64,000 nt of DNA, taken from contig DATBLH010000022.1 in the NCBI GenBank assembly GCA_036555445.1, positions 11,226-75,225 of the forward strand, read 5' to 3'. Within the stretch, counting starts at the first letter, position 1, and each line of letters opens with the position of its first letter. The position numbers were made by a program, and so were the translations under genes. The DNA is from Candidatus Limnocylindrales bacterium. Lineage in GTDB: Bacteria > Chloroflexota > Limnocylindria > Limnocylindrales > CSP1-4. Below the pieces are notes generated by a model that did no database searches, was not told the DNA's origin, and saw nothing but the letters and a program-made list of their open reading frames with translations. Shown here piece after piece: positions 36,122 through 46,689 of this stretch.

Positions 36122-36866
36122 CCGAACCCGACCAAGCGGGCCGCTCCTGTTCGCACGCTACGCCTACGGCCCAAATCGTCTGGGGCTGTGCGGTCCAGAC
36201 GATGCGGCGTCACTGTTCGGTGAAGCCACCGAGGGCGGTGACGAACGCCAGGTGCGCGAGTTGGCGCGCGGGTTTGAGGGCGCGTATCCGTACCTGGAGC
36301 TGATCGCCCGCGCCAATCGGCGTCCGGACCCACTGTCAGCAGATGTCGTGGAGGCATACTGGCTGGGCGGCCCCCTCGTCGAGGCCGTCACCCCGAACCA
36401 GCTCGCCGATTCGTTGCGGACCAGATTCCGGCCACGACTCCGGGCGAAGACCTACAGCGAACTGCGGGACTCGGCCCCTGCCGGCTCCAAGCCCGTCCAC
36501 GCGTTCCACGTCCTGGACGTGTTTCCGAGGGTGGGGTTGATGCGAAGCGAACAGGCCGATCACGTCGTGGAGACGATGGATCGGTGTCGCGTCCGATGGG
36601 GGCGGGTCGTCGAGCGCGCAAGCGACGAGTTGGTCGTGCGCGCCGTGCCGCTGGCACTCGCCGAGGGCAAGCTCGCCTTCGGCGAACCGCGGATCGAGCG
36701 CATCACGGCATTCCGCGACGGGCGCGGGTTCATCGGCGAGGTCGGCCCAGGTGACGTCATCTCGATTCACTGGGATTGGGCATGCGAGGTCCTCGACGGC
36801 GCCAGACTCGAGCGTCTGATCGCGACCACCCGTCGCGAGCTCGTCATCGCCAACCGCACCATCTGA
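36069..36866 (+). CDS. conserved hypothetical protein (DUF6390-like as recalled) with a HypC-like C-terminal segment
   Basis: LLFARYAYGPNRLGLCGPDD...GAYPYLELIA, with GC3 bias consistent with coding. The start is ambiguous (TTG 36069 or GTG 36102) and both overlap the eamA 3' end. Confidence 0.6.
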   Translation: MRLAEEDVPNPVLAPPPSRTRPSGPLLFARYAYGPNRLGLCGPDDAASLFGEATEGGDERQVRELARGFEGAYPYLELIARANRRPDPLSADVVEAYWLGGPLVEAVTPNQLADSLRTRFRPRLRAKTYSELRDSAPAGSKPVHAFHVLDVFPRVGLMRSEQADHVVETMDRCRVRWGRVVERASDELVVRAVPLALAEGKLAFGEPRIERITAFRDGRGFIGEVGPGDVISIHWDWACEVLDGARLERLIATTRRELVIANRTI

Positions 36867-36945
36867 CGGGCCCCGCGAAGTGCGGGCTCTGCCGGCGCCG
36901 GAACATCGCCGCGGGCAAGATCGACCGGGGCCGTTGAGGAGGAGG

Positions 36946-37021
36946 TGGAGCGGGAGACGGGATTCGAACCCGCGACATCTTGCTTGGGAAGCAAGCACTC
37001 TGCCAGCTGAGTTACTCCCGC
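36946..37021 (-). tRNA. tRNA-Gly (anticodon CCC), CCA encoded
   Basis: The reverse complement folds as a cloverleaf: acceptor GCGGGAG/CUCCCGC, D stem ACUC/GAGU, anticodon stem CUUGC/GCAAG with loop UUCCCAA, T arm GCGGG-UUCGAAU-CCCGU, discriminator U, then CCA. Confidence 0.93.
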
Positions 37022-37133
37022 TCGACAGGGCGTCATTCTAGCAAGGCAGGTGGCCCGCGCCATCTCCGGCGTGCCCGGCGTTGCCGCGATGCCACGCGAC
37101 GGGTGCTCGACCGGCGCCTGCTATCGTCGGGTG

Positions 37134-37868
37134 ATGGACCAGGCAACCGCAACGCTCGATCGACCGCACGACGGGTCGGCGGAGCCCAGGGTGCTGGTCC
37201 CCGATTGGCTGGGACGGGTGCCCTATCGCGATGCCTGGCGGCTGCAGAAGGAGCTCGCCGCCCGGCGCGCGGACGGTGGGATCCCCGACCGGCTGCTGCT
37301 TCTCGAGCATCCCGCGGTCCTGACGCTCGGCCGTCATTCGGATGTGCGCCACGTCCTCGCCTTGCCGGGGGAGCTGGCCGAGCGAGGGATCGAGGTCATC
37401 CGCGTGGAGCGCGGCGGCGAGGTCACCTATCACGGTCCGGGTCAGCTGGTCGCGTATCCGATCGTGCGGCTCAGCGATCGCGGCATCCTCCTTCGCCCGT
37501 TCGTCCGGGCGCTCGAGGCGGCGATGACCGACACCTGCGCCACGTTCGGCGTCACGGCCGGGCGGCGCGACCGTGAGCCCGGGTGCTGGGTGGACGCTGA
37601 CACCGACGCCCCACGCAAGATCGGCGCCCTCGGCGTTCGCCTCGAGCGCGGCGTCACGTATCACGGGATCGCGCTCAACGTGACCACCAACCTCGCCGAC
37701 TTCGAGCTGATCGACCCCTGTGGGATGCCCGGCGTGGCATCGACCTCGATCGCCGCCGAGCGGGCGCGAGCTGGCGACGGGCGCGCGGCGCCCACCGTCG
37801 AGGCCGCCGCCACCGTCTTCGCCCGCGCGCTCGCGGCCCGGCTCGGCGAAGCCGCCCGACCCGGCTGA
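37134..37868 (+). CDS. lipB: lipoyl(octanoyl) transferase
   Basis: LLLLEHPAVLTLGR, RGGEVTYHGPGQLVAYPI and KIGALGVRLERGVTYHGIALNV. Confidence 0.9.
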   Translation: MDQATATLDRPHDGSAEPRVLVPDWLGRVPYRDAWRLQKELAARRADGGIPDRLLLLEHPAVLTLGRHSDVRHVLALPGELAERGIEVIRVERGGEVTYHGPGQLVAYPIVRLSDRGILLRPFVRALEAAMTDTCATFGVTAGRRDREPGCWVDADTDAPRKIGALGVRLERGVTYHGIALNVTTNLADFELIDPCGMPGVASTSIAAERARAGDGRAAPTVEAAATVFARALAARLGEAARPG

Positions 37869-38884
37869 TGGGTGCCGGGCTGTTCGAGCTGCGCCGGGAT
37901 CCGGTCACCGGCTGGTGGGTAGCCACGGTCGTCGACCGGGCCTTCGATCGGGATCGCTTCTCACGGGCCGCCGAGCCGATCGACGACGGCGACGACTGCC
38001 AGAACTGCCGGCTCCCGGCGGGCGAAGGCGTCCGCACCCGGATGCTCAAGGACTTCGCGTTCCACGTGGTCGGCTCCGAGGACGAAGCGCGGGATCTCGA
38101 CCAGGGGCTCGCGCAGGTCGAGATCGCTCAGGCTCGTGCCGCCGGCAGCTGGCGAACGGTGGTCGCGCCGCCCGGCGAGCACCGTCCGCTCCATGCCGTC
38201 GGCGATCGGATGATCCAGTCCCTCGTCGCCGGCGCCCGGTCGATCCTTGCCGACGCGCGTGGCGCGGGGCAGACCGACTACGTCCAGGTCGTCCAGAACT
38301 GGGGTCGCCAGTCCGGGGCGCGATCGAACCATCTGTGCCTCGACCTGTACGACCTGCCCCAGGTGCCCCACCGGATCGCGGAAGAGATCGGGGGCGCGGC
38401 ACGGTTCGTGATCCGGGAGGGTGAATGCCCGTATTGCCGGCTCGTCCGGGACGAGGTGCGACGCCCGGATCGCCTGGTGTGGGCCGACCACTCGAGCGTC
38501 GCGTTCGCGCCCTGGGCATCGCGATCCGCGTTCGAGGTCTGGATCGTCCCCCGACGCCACGAGGCGGATTTCGGACGCGCTTCGGATGCGGACCTGGCGG
38601 GGACCGTCGAGGCCCTCCGCCAGGTCCTCTCACGCCTTGCGACGGCACTCGACGGACCGCCCTACAACCTGGTCCTCCACACGGCCCCCCTGCGCGAGCA
38701 GGTCGACGCCACGTATCACTGGCACTGGGAGATCCACCCCCGCTTGCGGGAGATCGCGGGACTGGAACTCGGGACCGGCCTGCCGGTCAACCCGGTCTCG
38801 CCCGAGGACGCGGTGGAGGAGCTGCTGGCTGCCGTCGGGCCGCGCGACGCCGAAGCCGTGGCCGGCGACGGGCGATGGCGTTGA
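37868..38884 (+). CDS. galactose-1-phosphate uridylyltransferase-like (GalT/HIT superfamily) nucleotidyltransferase
   Basis: LRRDPVTGWWV, CxxC motifs (CQNC and CPYC) and YHWHWEIHPRL in the second half-domain. The ATG overlaps the lipB stop. Confidence 0.7.
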   Translation: MGAGLFELRRDPVTGWWVATVVDRAFDRDRFSRAAEPIDDGDDCQNCRLPAGEGVRTRMLKDFAFHVVGSEDEARDLDQGLAQVEIAQARAAGSWRTVVAPPGEHRPLHAVGDRMIQSLVAGARSILADARGAGQTDYVQVVQNWGRQSGARSNHLCLDLYDLPQVPHRIAEEIGGAARFVIREGECPYCRLVRDEVRRPDRLVWADHSSVAFAPWASRSAFEVWIVPRRHEADFGRASDADLAGTVEALRQVLSRLATALDGPPYNLVLHTAPLREQVDATYHWHWEIHPRLREIAGLELGTGLPVNPVSPEDAVEELLAAVGPRDAEAVAGDGRWR

Positions 38885-39014
38885 CGATCGGGGGCACGAT
38901 CCGCACGACCAGCATCGCGACCGGGCGTCACACGCGGGCAGGGCCTCTCGTCTACGGACCGTTCCAGGAGTGTTCATCGCGGAGCCCAGTGCCGCGCGCC
39001 CTGGCGGAGTACCG

Positions 39015-39677
39015 ATGGTCAGCGGCGAACTCACCGGTCATCTGGGCGCCCGATCCGCCCCGGACGGCGCGGCGATGAGCGGCACCTGGGATCACGCGAC
39101 CGCGGGCGCCTTCGTCGAGGAGCTGTTCGCCAGACACCACGCGGAGATCCACGCCTATCTCGTGCGGATGCTTCGGGATCCCGAGCTCGCCGCGGACCTC
39201 ACCCAGGACGCGTTCGTCAAGGCCTATCGCAACCACGCGACGCTCGAGAAGCCCGAGAATGCGCGGGCCTGGCTGTACCAGATCGCCCACCGGGTCGCCC
39301 TCGACGAGCTGCGACGCCGGAAGATCGTCCGCTTCCTCCCGTGGACCGGGGAATCCAGGGGCGCCGCACCGTCGGTGGAGCACCAGGCGATGGACGTGCG
39401 GCTGTCAGGCGATCTCGAGCGGGCCCTGGCACGCATCCCCGAGCGCCAGCGAGCCGCACTGCTGCTGGCCGAGCTCCACGACCTGACCGGGCTGGAGCTC
39501 GCGGCAAGCCTCGGCGTCAGCCACGTCGCGGCACGGGCGCTCCTCACCCGCGCCCGCGAGAGCCTGCGACAGGCGCTCGCCGCAGAACGCGCCGCAGCGG
39601 CCGACGCCGACACGCGTCGAGAGCCGTCCAAGGATGCCTCCTCGCGACCTGCACGACCCCTTGGAGGCGGCCGATGA
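39015..39677 (+). CDS. ECF-type sigma-70 family RNA polymerase sigma factor
   Basis: Region 2 is DLTQDAFVKAY...ARAWLYQIAHRVALDELRRR. Region 4 is ERQRAALLLAELHDLTGLELAASLGVSHVAARALLTRARESL. Alternative start at 39075. Confidence 0.88.
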   Translation: MVSGELTGHLGARSAPDGAAMSGTWDHATAGAFVEELFARHHAEIHAYLVRMLRDPELAADLTQDAFVKAYRNHATLEKPENARAWLYQIAHRVALDELRRRKIVRFLPWTGESRGAAPSVEHQAMDVRLSGDLERALARIPERQRAALLLAELHDLTGLELAASLGVSHVAARALLTRARESLRQALAAERAAAADADTRREPSKDASSRPARPLGGGR

Positions 39678-41521
39678 CCTGGCGCCGCTTCCTGGGCAAC
39701 CGCCGCCAGCCCGACCAGTGGCCGGATCCGCACGAGCGCGCACGCACGCGGATGGCCGAGCAGCTGGACTGGCCGCTCGAACCGGCCGAGGAAACCTGGC
39801 TTGGCGGGCACCTCGAGAGCTGCAGCGAGTGCTCGGCGGTAGCCGCCGACTATGCGGCGCAGCGTCTCGAGCTGCGGGCCCTCAAGGGTCGTGCGCCGGA
39901 GCCGCCGCGGGACCTGTGGGCGCGGACCGCTGCCGCAATCGAGGCCGAATCCGCGCGTCGCGGGACATCCGGCGAGCGGACGCCGGTGACCGACAGGGCC
40001 CTTCGGTTGCCGCTGGGGGCGATCTCCGGCGTCCTGGTCGTCGCGGTCGTGGTCGGAGCCTCGCTCCTGTCACAGGGCCCGCTTCCCCCGCCGATCCAGA
40101 GTCCGGTCGCGTCCTCGCCGGGCGCGGTGGCCACGCCTTCGCCGGGCGCATCGCCACTCCGCATCGACCGGGCCGATGACGTGGCCTGGATCCAGATCGA
40201 TGCGTCCGGTGATGCGAACGTCAAGTCCGCACCCATCGACGAGGTGTGCCCGGACGGGCGGACGAGCGGCTGTCAGCCGATCGACGGCTCGACGACGCGG
40301 CAGCTCAAGCTCAGGCAGGCACCGGTCGCGGTGGTCCGCTCGCCGGCCGAGGGGGAGCTGATCGTCGTCAATCGACCGGCCGGCGCCACCAGCGACACCG
40401 TGTATGCGGTGCCGGCACCGTCGCCCACGGGGCGGCCCTCCCCGACGCCATCCGTTGGGAGCGGGCCATCGAACACGCCGGTCCCGACACCCGAGCAGAC
40501 CCCGACCGCGACCATCCGCCCGACGGAATCGGCGTCTCCGCCGACGTCCACGCCGTCGACCGGCTCGGGGTCCGCGTCGCCGTCGGAATCCGCTCTGCCA
40601 ACCGCCACCCCCATCCCGCCGGTCGAGGGTGCGATCGCAATCGCAACCGATGTCGTCCTCGTGGGTGACACAGCCGCGTACTCCCCCGACGGTCGGTGGT
40701 TCGCATTCTCCGCCCGACCCGCCGACGGTTCGACCGGACCGGACGTGTACATCTGGCAGTCCGGCCAGGCGTCGGCGGTCGCGGTGACCACCGACCACCG
40801 GACCGTGTTCGCGTCGTGGCTGGGCGAACAAATCCTTGCCAGCCGTGCGATCGACCCCTCGGCGGATCCCGCGTCGTCCGAGACCCCGGGATCGACCGAT
40901 CCGTCCCAGCCGGCCAAGGCGTCCGCGTCGACGTCGCCCGCGACGTCATCCGTCCCCGACGGCATGGTGTTCGACAGCGAAGTCGTCCTCATCGATCCCA
41001 ATGACGGCACCTCGGTCTCGCTCGGTGGTGGCGCGTGGCGACCCACCGTTCGACCGGGCGAAGACGCCGCCGTCTACTGGGACGGCACCCTCGAGGCAGG
41101 CGAGAACGGCGTCCTTCGAACGGCCGACGGCCGCCTCGTCCTGGGACGCTGGCCGACGGACGACGGCTCGCGCGATCCGCAGGTGATCGCCGACGACGCC
41201 GTCGCCGACTGGGATGCTCGCTGGGATGCCACCGGGACCCGGCTCGCGGTCTGGGTGGCCGACGGCGAGGACCCGGAGCTCGGTACCCTCACCCTCTATC
41301 TCGTCGACGCCGAGTCCGGACGCTTCGATCGGGGAGATCGGCCGTTGCGCGACGTGCCGGCCCGGCGCGGCTTCTCGCTCGCGGAGGGTCGCCTTGCCTG
41401 GGTGACCCCGGCCGCAGAGGACGGTGCCGGCAGCCGGGTCCAGGTCCTGGCCTGGACCGACGACGGCTTCGGCAAGGTCGAAACGCTTCCCGGGGAGGCA
41501 ACGATCGTCGTCATCCGCTGA
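39674..41521 (+). CDS. anti-sigma factor (zf-HC2) with a large extracytoplasmic domain
   Basis: HLESCSECSAVAADY is an H-x3-C-x2-C motif. It is followed by TM GAISGVLVVAVVVGASLL, a Ser/Pro/Thr-rich linker, and PD40/TolB-like strands (YSPDGRWFAFSARPADGSTGPDVYIW). ATGA overlap with the sigma gene. Confidence 0.8.
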   Translation: MTWRRFLGNRRQPDQWPDPHERARTRMAEQLDWPLEPAEETWLGGHLESCSECSAVAADYAAQRLELRALKGRAPEPPRDLWARTAAAIEAESARRGTSGERTPVTDRALRLPLGAISGVLVVAVVVGASLLSQGPLPPPIQSPVASSPGAVATPSPGASPLRIDRADDVAWIQIDASGDANVKSAPIDEVCPDGRTSGCQPIDGSTTRQLKLRQAPVAVVRSPAEGELIVVNRPAGATSDTVYAVPAPSPTGRPSPTPSVGSGPSNTPVPTPEQTPTATIRPTESASPPTSTPSTGSGSASPSESALPTATPIPPVEGAIAIATDVVLVGDTAAYSPDGRWFAFSARPADGSTGPDVYIWQSGQASAVAVTTDHRTVFASWLGEQILASRAIDPSADPASSETPGSTDPSQPAKASASTSPATSSVPDGMVFDSEVVLIDPNDGTSVSLGGGAWRPTVRPGEDAAVYWDGTLEAGENGVLRTADGRLVLGRWPTDDGSRDPQVIADDAVADWDARWDATGTRLAVWVADGEDPELGTLTLYLVDAESGRFDRGDRPLRDVPARRGFSLAEGRLAWVTPAAEDGAGSRVQVLAWTDDGFGKVETLPGEATIVVIR

Positions 41522-41599
41522 TCGAAACTCGCCGCGCAGGCATCCCACGGGACGGCCCGTGACTGGCGGTCAGCCACCGGATGGCGTATCGTCCCATGC

Positions 41600-42151
41600 G
41601 TGCGACCCGGCAACAAGGTCGCGGGAGCGGCGATCGTCGCCGTCCTCGTGACAGTCGCCCTGCCGGGCTTCGTGGGCCAGCGAGTCCCCGGCCCCGAGCA
41701 GCCCTTCGACGCAGCGGCGTTCCGGACGGTCCCGGCGAACGCGGACGTGGACAGCTTCGTGATCGATCCCCTCGATCCTGCCTTCCGGTCAGCGGGCTTC
41801 CTCGCGGCCGACGCCACGTTCATCGAGCCCGGCCTGATGCTCGCGGCGCCCACCAAGCCGCCTGTCAGCCAGCCCAACGCCGGTCACCTGAGCGTGCTCA
41901 AGCCGCCGCGCTACACGCTCTCCGGCTACGCCACCTTCTATGACAACGGGACCACGGCGATGCGACTGCCGCGTGGAACGGTGGTCGTGATCTGCGGAGC
42001 GGGCGGCTGCGTCGATCGGGTGATCAACGACTACGGGCCCAGTGCGGCGAACCCGGAGCGGATCGTGGATCTCTATCGGCCGGACTTCTTCCGCGTCTGC
42101 GGCTGCCCGTCCTGGAGCGGCACGACCAGGGTGACGGTGCGGGTCTACTGA
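41600..42151 (+). CDS. secreted RlpA-like double-psi beta-barrel (DPBB) protein
   Basis: Signal-like N-terminus. The C-terminal region is GYATFYDNGTTAMRLPRGTVVVICGAGGCVDRVINDYGP. Confidence 0.65.
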   Translation: MRPGNKVAGAAIVAVLVTVALPGFVGQRVPGPEQPFDAAAFRTVPANADVDSFVIDPLDPAFRSAGFLAADATFIEPGLMLAAPTKPPVSQPNAGHLSVLKPPRYTLSGYATFYDNGTTAMRLPRGTVVVICGAGGCVDRVINDYGPSAANPERIVDLYRPDFFRVCGCPSWSGTTRVTVRVY

Positions 42152-42193
42152 CCCGCGCAGGGTCCGCCGGACCCTGCGGTATCCTCTGTTCGA

Positions 42194-42839
<646 letters not shown>

Positions 42840-42840
42840 G

Positions 42841-43881
42841 GTGACCGCGGTCGACGAGCCTCGGTCGGCCCTCGCATCACCATCCCCCGATCTGCCGCTC
42901 GTCGACGAGCCGCCGACCGAACCCTGGCCCCACCGCCACCTGCTCGACGTCGATCTCCTGACCTGGCCCGAGATCGAGCTCGTCCTTCGGACCGCGGACG
43001 CCATGTCGGAGGTCCTCGCCCGGCCGATCCCGCGGGTCCCGGCCCTGCGCGGGACGAACGTGACGATCCTGTTCTACGAGGCCTCGACGCGAACGCGGGT
43101 CTCGTTCGAGGTCGCCGCAAAGAATCTCTCCGCCGACGTCGTCAACATCGCATCGTCGACCTCCTCGGTGAGCAAGGGCGAGTCGCTCGTCGACACCGTC
43201 CGGACGATCGAGGCCCTCGGAGCCGAGATCCTGGTCGTCCGGCACCCGGTCTCCGGGGCGCCACAGCTCGCGGCCGACACCTTCTCGGGATCGGTGGTCA
43301 ACGGTGGCGATGGCTGGCACGCACACCCAACGCAGGCCCTCCTCGACCTGTACACGCTGCGGCAGCACCTGCCGGCTGGATCGGTCGCCGGGCGGAAGAT
43401 CGTGATTCTCGGCGACCTGCTCCACTCCCGGGTCGCCCGTTCGAACATCTGGGCCCTGACCGCCGCCGGCGCGGACCTGTGGCTGTGCGCACCGGCCACC
43501 CTCGTCCGCGGCTTCGAGACGTGGGCGCGTGCCGGCGCACGCGGGCATCGGTTCACCGTGACCACCGATCCGGTCGCCGCGCTGCGCGACGCTGACGCCG
43601 TGATGGCGCTCCGGATTCAGCGTGAGCGGATGGCGAGCGGGTTGCTGCCATCGCTCCGGGAGTACGCCGCCCGCTACGGGCTGACCGCCGAACGGCTCCG
43701 ACTCGCGAAGCCGGGCGCGATCGTGCTCCACCCAGGACCGATGAACGAGGGCGTCGAGATCGCCTCCGACGTCGCGAGCGGCGGCCAGTCGGTGATCACG
43801 GACCAGGTTTCGAACGGCGTCGCGATCCGCATGGCCCTCCTCTACCTGCTCTCCGGTGGGCGCGGCGAGGAGCGGGCGTGA
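42841..43881 (+). CDS. pyrB: aspartate carbamoyltransferase catalytic subunit
   Basis: ILFYEASTRTRVSFEVAAKNL, HPTQALLD and HPGPMNEGVEI. GTG start 2 nt after the pyrR stop. An N-terminal extension of about 30 aa is present. Confidence 0.92.
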   Translation: MTAVDEPRSALASPSPDLPLVDEPPTEPWPHRHLLDVDLLTWPEIELVLRTADAMSEVLARPIPRVPALRGTNVTILFYEASTRTRVSFEVAAKNLSADVVNIASSTSSVSKGESLVDTVRTIEALGAEILVVRHPVSGAPQLAADTFSGSVVNGGDGWHAHPTQALLDLYTLRQHLPAGSVAGRKIVILGDLLHSRVARSNIWALTAAGADLWLCAPATLVRGFETWARAGARGHRFTVTTDPVAALRDADAVMALRIQRERMASGLLPSLREYAARYGLTAERLRLAKPGAIVLHPGPMNEGVEIASDVASGGQSVITDQVSNGVAIRMALLYLLSGGRGEERA

Positions 43882-45254
43882 CCGACCTGGATCTCAGTCG
43901 CGCCTGGCTGGTCGACCCGGCTGCCGGGCGCGAGGGGCCGGGTGAGATCGTGGTCCGGGGCGGGATCCTGGAATCGGTGGCCTGGCTCGACGGCGCGGAG
44001 GCCGACGGCGTGGACGACACGGGGATGGTGGTCGCGCCCGGCTTCGTCGACCTCCACGCACACCTGCGAGAGCCCGGCAACGAGGATGCCGAGACAATCG
44101 AATCCGGGCTCGCGGCCGCGGCCCACGGCGGGTTCACCACCGTGTGCGCCATGCCCAACACGTCGCCACCGGTCGACGACCCGGCGATCGTTGCCAGGCT
44201 GCGCGCGACCGCGGAATCGGCCGTCTCGCCTGCTCGCCTGCTCGCCTACGGCTGTGTCTCGGTGGGCAGGAACGGCGAGACCCTGGCGCCCATGGGTGAG
44301 CTCGCCGACGCCGGTGTGATCGGCTTCTCCGACGACGGGGCGCCCGTGCACGCTACCGCGCTCCTGCGGAACGCCCTCGCGTACGCGGGTGCGCTCGAGC
44401 TGCCCGTGGTCGACCACGCCGAGGACCCGTCGCTGACGGCCGGTGCCGAGGCCAACGACGGCCTCGTCGCAACCGTGCTGGGCCTGCGGGGCTGGCCCGC
44501 AGCCGCCGAGGAGGCGGCCGTCGCCCGTGACCTTGCCGTCCTCAAGGACGTGCGACGCGACGTCCCTGGGGTGCGGCTCCACCTCACCCACCTCTCGACC
44601 GCGGCCGCCCTGGACCTGGTGCGACGAGCGCGGGCGAGCGGGCTCCCGGTGACCTGTGACGTGACACCGCACCACCTCGCCCTCACCGACGAGTGGCTGG
44701 CCGGCGCGCGCCGCTTCGGCTGGCAGGCGAATGGCGGCGATCCCTGGGACGACGGCGCGATCACCGCGAAGCCCTACGATCCGTCCCTGCGGGTCAACCC
44801 GCCGCTCCGCACCCCGGCCGACAGCATCGCCTGTCTCGATGCGCTCGTCGACGGGACCGCGGATGCTGTGGCCACCGACCACGCGCCGCATCGATCGGTC
44901 GACAAGGACGTGGAGTTCGGCCTGGCAGCCAACGGGATTGCAGGACTGGAGACGGCGCTCGGCCTCCTCCTGGAGGCTGTCGATGCCGGTCGGATCACGC
45001 TGCGGCGGGCGATCGAGGTGCTGACCGTCGGTCCGGCCGGAGTTCTTGGGGGCCGGTTCGGCCAGCCGCCCGGCCTGGTGGAGGGGCAGCCGGCCGACCT
45101 CGTCGTGTTCGACCGCTCGGAGCGGTGGACCGTCGGACCGGAGACGCTCGCCACCCGAGGCCGCAACACTCCGCTCCTGGGTCGACAGCTACCGGGCGCG
45201 GTGCAGGTCACGATCGCGTCCGGCAGACTCGCGTACCAGTCCCAGGCCGGCTAG
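43878..45254 (+). CDS. pyrC: dihydroorotase
   Basis: APGFVDLHAHLREPG, FTTVCAMPNT and ATDHAPH. GTGA overlap with pyrB. Confidence 0.9.
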   Translation: MTDLDLSRAWLVDPAAGREGPGEIVVRGGILESVAWLDGAEADGVDDTGMVVAPGFVDLHAHLREPGNEDAETIESGLAAAAHGGFTTVCAMPNTSPPVDDPAIVARLRATAESAVSPARLLAYGCVSVGRNGETLAPMGELADAGVIGFSDDGAPVHATALLRNALAYAGALELPVVDHAEDPSLTAGAEANDGLVATVLGLRGWPAAAEEAAVARDLAVLKDVRRDVPGVRLHLTHLSTAAALDLVRRARASGLPVTCDVTPHHLALTDEWLAGARRFGWQANGGDPWDDGAITAKPYDPSLRVNPPLRTPADSIACLDALVDGTADAVATDHAPHRSVDKDVEFGLAANGIAGLETALGLLLEAVDAGRITLRRAIEVLTVGPAGVLGGRFGQPPGLVEGQPADLVVFDRSERWTVGPETLATRGRNTPLLGRQLPGAVQVTIASGRLAYQSQAG

Positions 45255-45285
45255 GCCCCCGTTCGTCCGGTACCCTGCGCGGGCG

Positions 45286-46644
45286 ATGGCTGAGGGGATC
45301 CGGTCCGGAGCGACGATCAACCGGGACTACGAGAAGCGTCCGTACTGGCACGCGACGATGCCGGCCCTGCCCGAGCGGTCCGGCCGGGAGCTGCGGGAGC
45401 GGGTCGACGTCGTCGTCGTCGGTGGCGGCTACACCGGCGTGGCCTGTGCCTGGAAGCTCGCTGCGTCGGGTGCCTCGGTGACCCTGCTCGAGACGAACAA
45501 CCTGGGCTGGGGAGCATCGACTCGCAACGGCGGAATCATCCATCCCGGCTTCAAGTGGGGTCCGGCAGAGCTCACCGAGCGCTATGGCGACGCCGTCGGC
45601 CCCGCCCTGTATCGCGAGACCCAGGCGGGCTACGCCTTCGTCCGGGACACGATCCGAGCCAACAGGATCGCATGCGAGTTCCGCGAGCAGGGGCTCCTCG
45701 AGCTCGCGTCCGGCCACAGCCATGTGCCGGAGCTGGCCGAGGCGCAGGAGGGCCTGGCGTTCATCGGCGTCGACTCGCAGGTGCTCGCCGGCTCCGAGCT
45801 CCGTGCCGAGATCGGCAGCGACGCCTTTCCGGCCGCGCTCGCGATGGGCGGGAGCGGGCTCCTCCACCCGGGCAAGTGGTTCGCAGGGCTGGTGGGCCTC
45901 GCCGATGCTGCGGGTGCGGATCTCCACGAGGGCGTGCGGGCGCGCCGGATCCGGCGCGGACGGGACGGCCGGATGACGGTGGATACGAGCCGGGGACGGA
46001 TCGACGCCGGCGATGTCGTGATCGCCACGAACGGCTATACGGACGGTGTCGCGCCGTCGCTGCGGCGCCGGATCCTCCCGATCGGCAGCTACATCATCGC
46101 CACCGAGCCGCTGCCCGAATCGCTGGCCCGCCAGGTGGCCCCCACCGGGCGGGCATTCTTCGACACCAAGAACTTCCTCAACTACTGGCACGTGAGCGAG
46201 GACCGCCGGATGCTGTTCGGCGGCCGGGTGAGCTTCATGCCGACGAACGTCGACCGGACGGCAGGACTCCTCCATCGCCAGATGCTTTCGATCTACCCGG
46301 AGCTCGCCGATTACCGGATCGAGTACTCCTGGGGCGGCAAGGTCGCGCTGACGATGGACCGGATGCCGCACGTCGGACGAATGGCCGGGATCGCGTACGC
46401 GATGGGCTATTGCGGGACCGGCCTGGCGATGTCGACCTATCTGGGAGCCAGGGTCGCCGAATGGCTGGGAGGAGGGACGGCCCCGGCGCTCGCCCGCCTG
46501 GAGTTCCCGATCGTTCCCGCACCGTACGAGGGTCGGCCCTGGTTCCTGCCGGTCGTCGGCGAGTGGTTCCGCTTGAAGGACTGGCTCGCCCGTCGCTCGC
46601 GACCGAGCGACGTCTCGCCGGTCGAGGCCACGCGCGGAGGCTGA
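45286..46644 (+). CDS. FAD-dependent oxidoreductase (DAO/glycine-oxidase-like family)
   Basis: VDVVVVGGGYTGVACAWKLAASGASVTLLE is a dinucleotide-binding fold. The DAO-like length is about 450 aa. Confidence 0.8.
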   Translation: MAEGIRSGATINRDYEKRPYWHATMPALPERSGRELRERVDVVVVGGGYTGVACAWKLAASGASVTLLETNNLGWGASTRNGGIIHPGFKWGPAELTERYGDAVGPALYRETQAGYAFVRDTIRANRIACEFREQGLLELASGHSHVPELAEAQEGLAFIGVDSQVLAGSELRAEIGSDAFPAALAMGGSGLLHPGKWFAGLVGLADAAGADLHEGVRARRIRRGRDGRMTVDTSRGRIDAGDVVIATNGYTDGVAPSLRRRILPIGSYIIATEPLPESLARQVAPTGRAFFDTKNFLNYWHVSEDRRMLFGGRVSFMPTNVDRTAGLLHRQMLSIYPELADYRIEYSWGGKVALTMDRMPHVGRMAGIAYAMGYCGTGLAMSTYLGARVAEWLGGGTAPALARLEFPIVPAPYEGRPWFLPVVGEWFRLKDWLARRSRPSDVSPVEATRGG

Positions 46645-46689
46645 CCGCCCGCCGGAGGCACCGGCGGGGTTCGCATAGACTCGTGCGCC

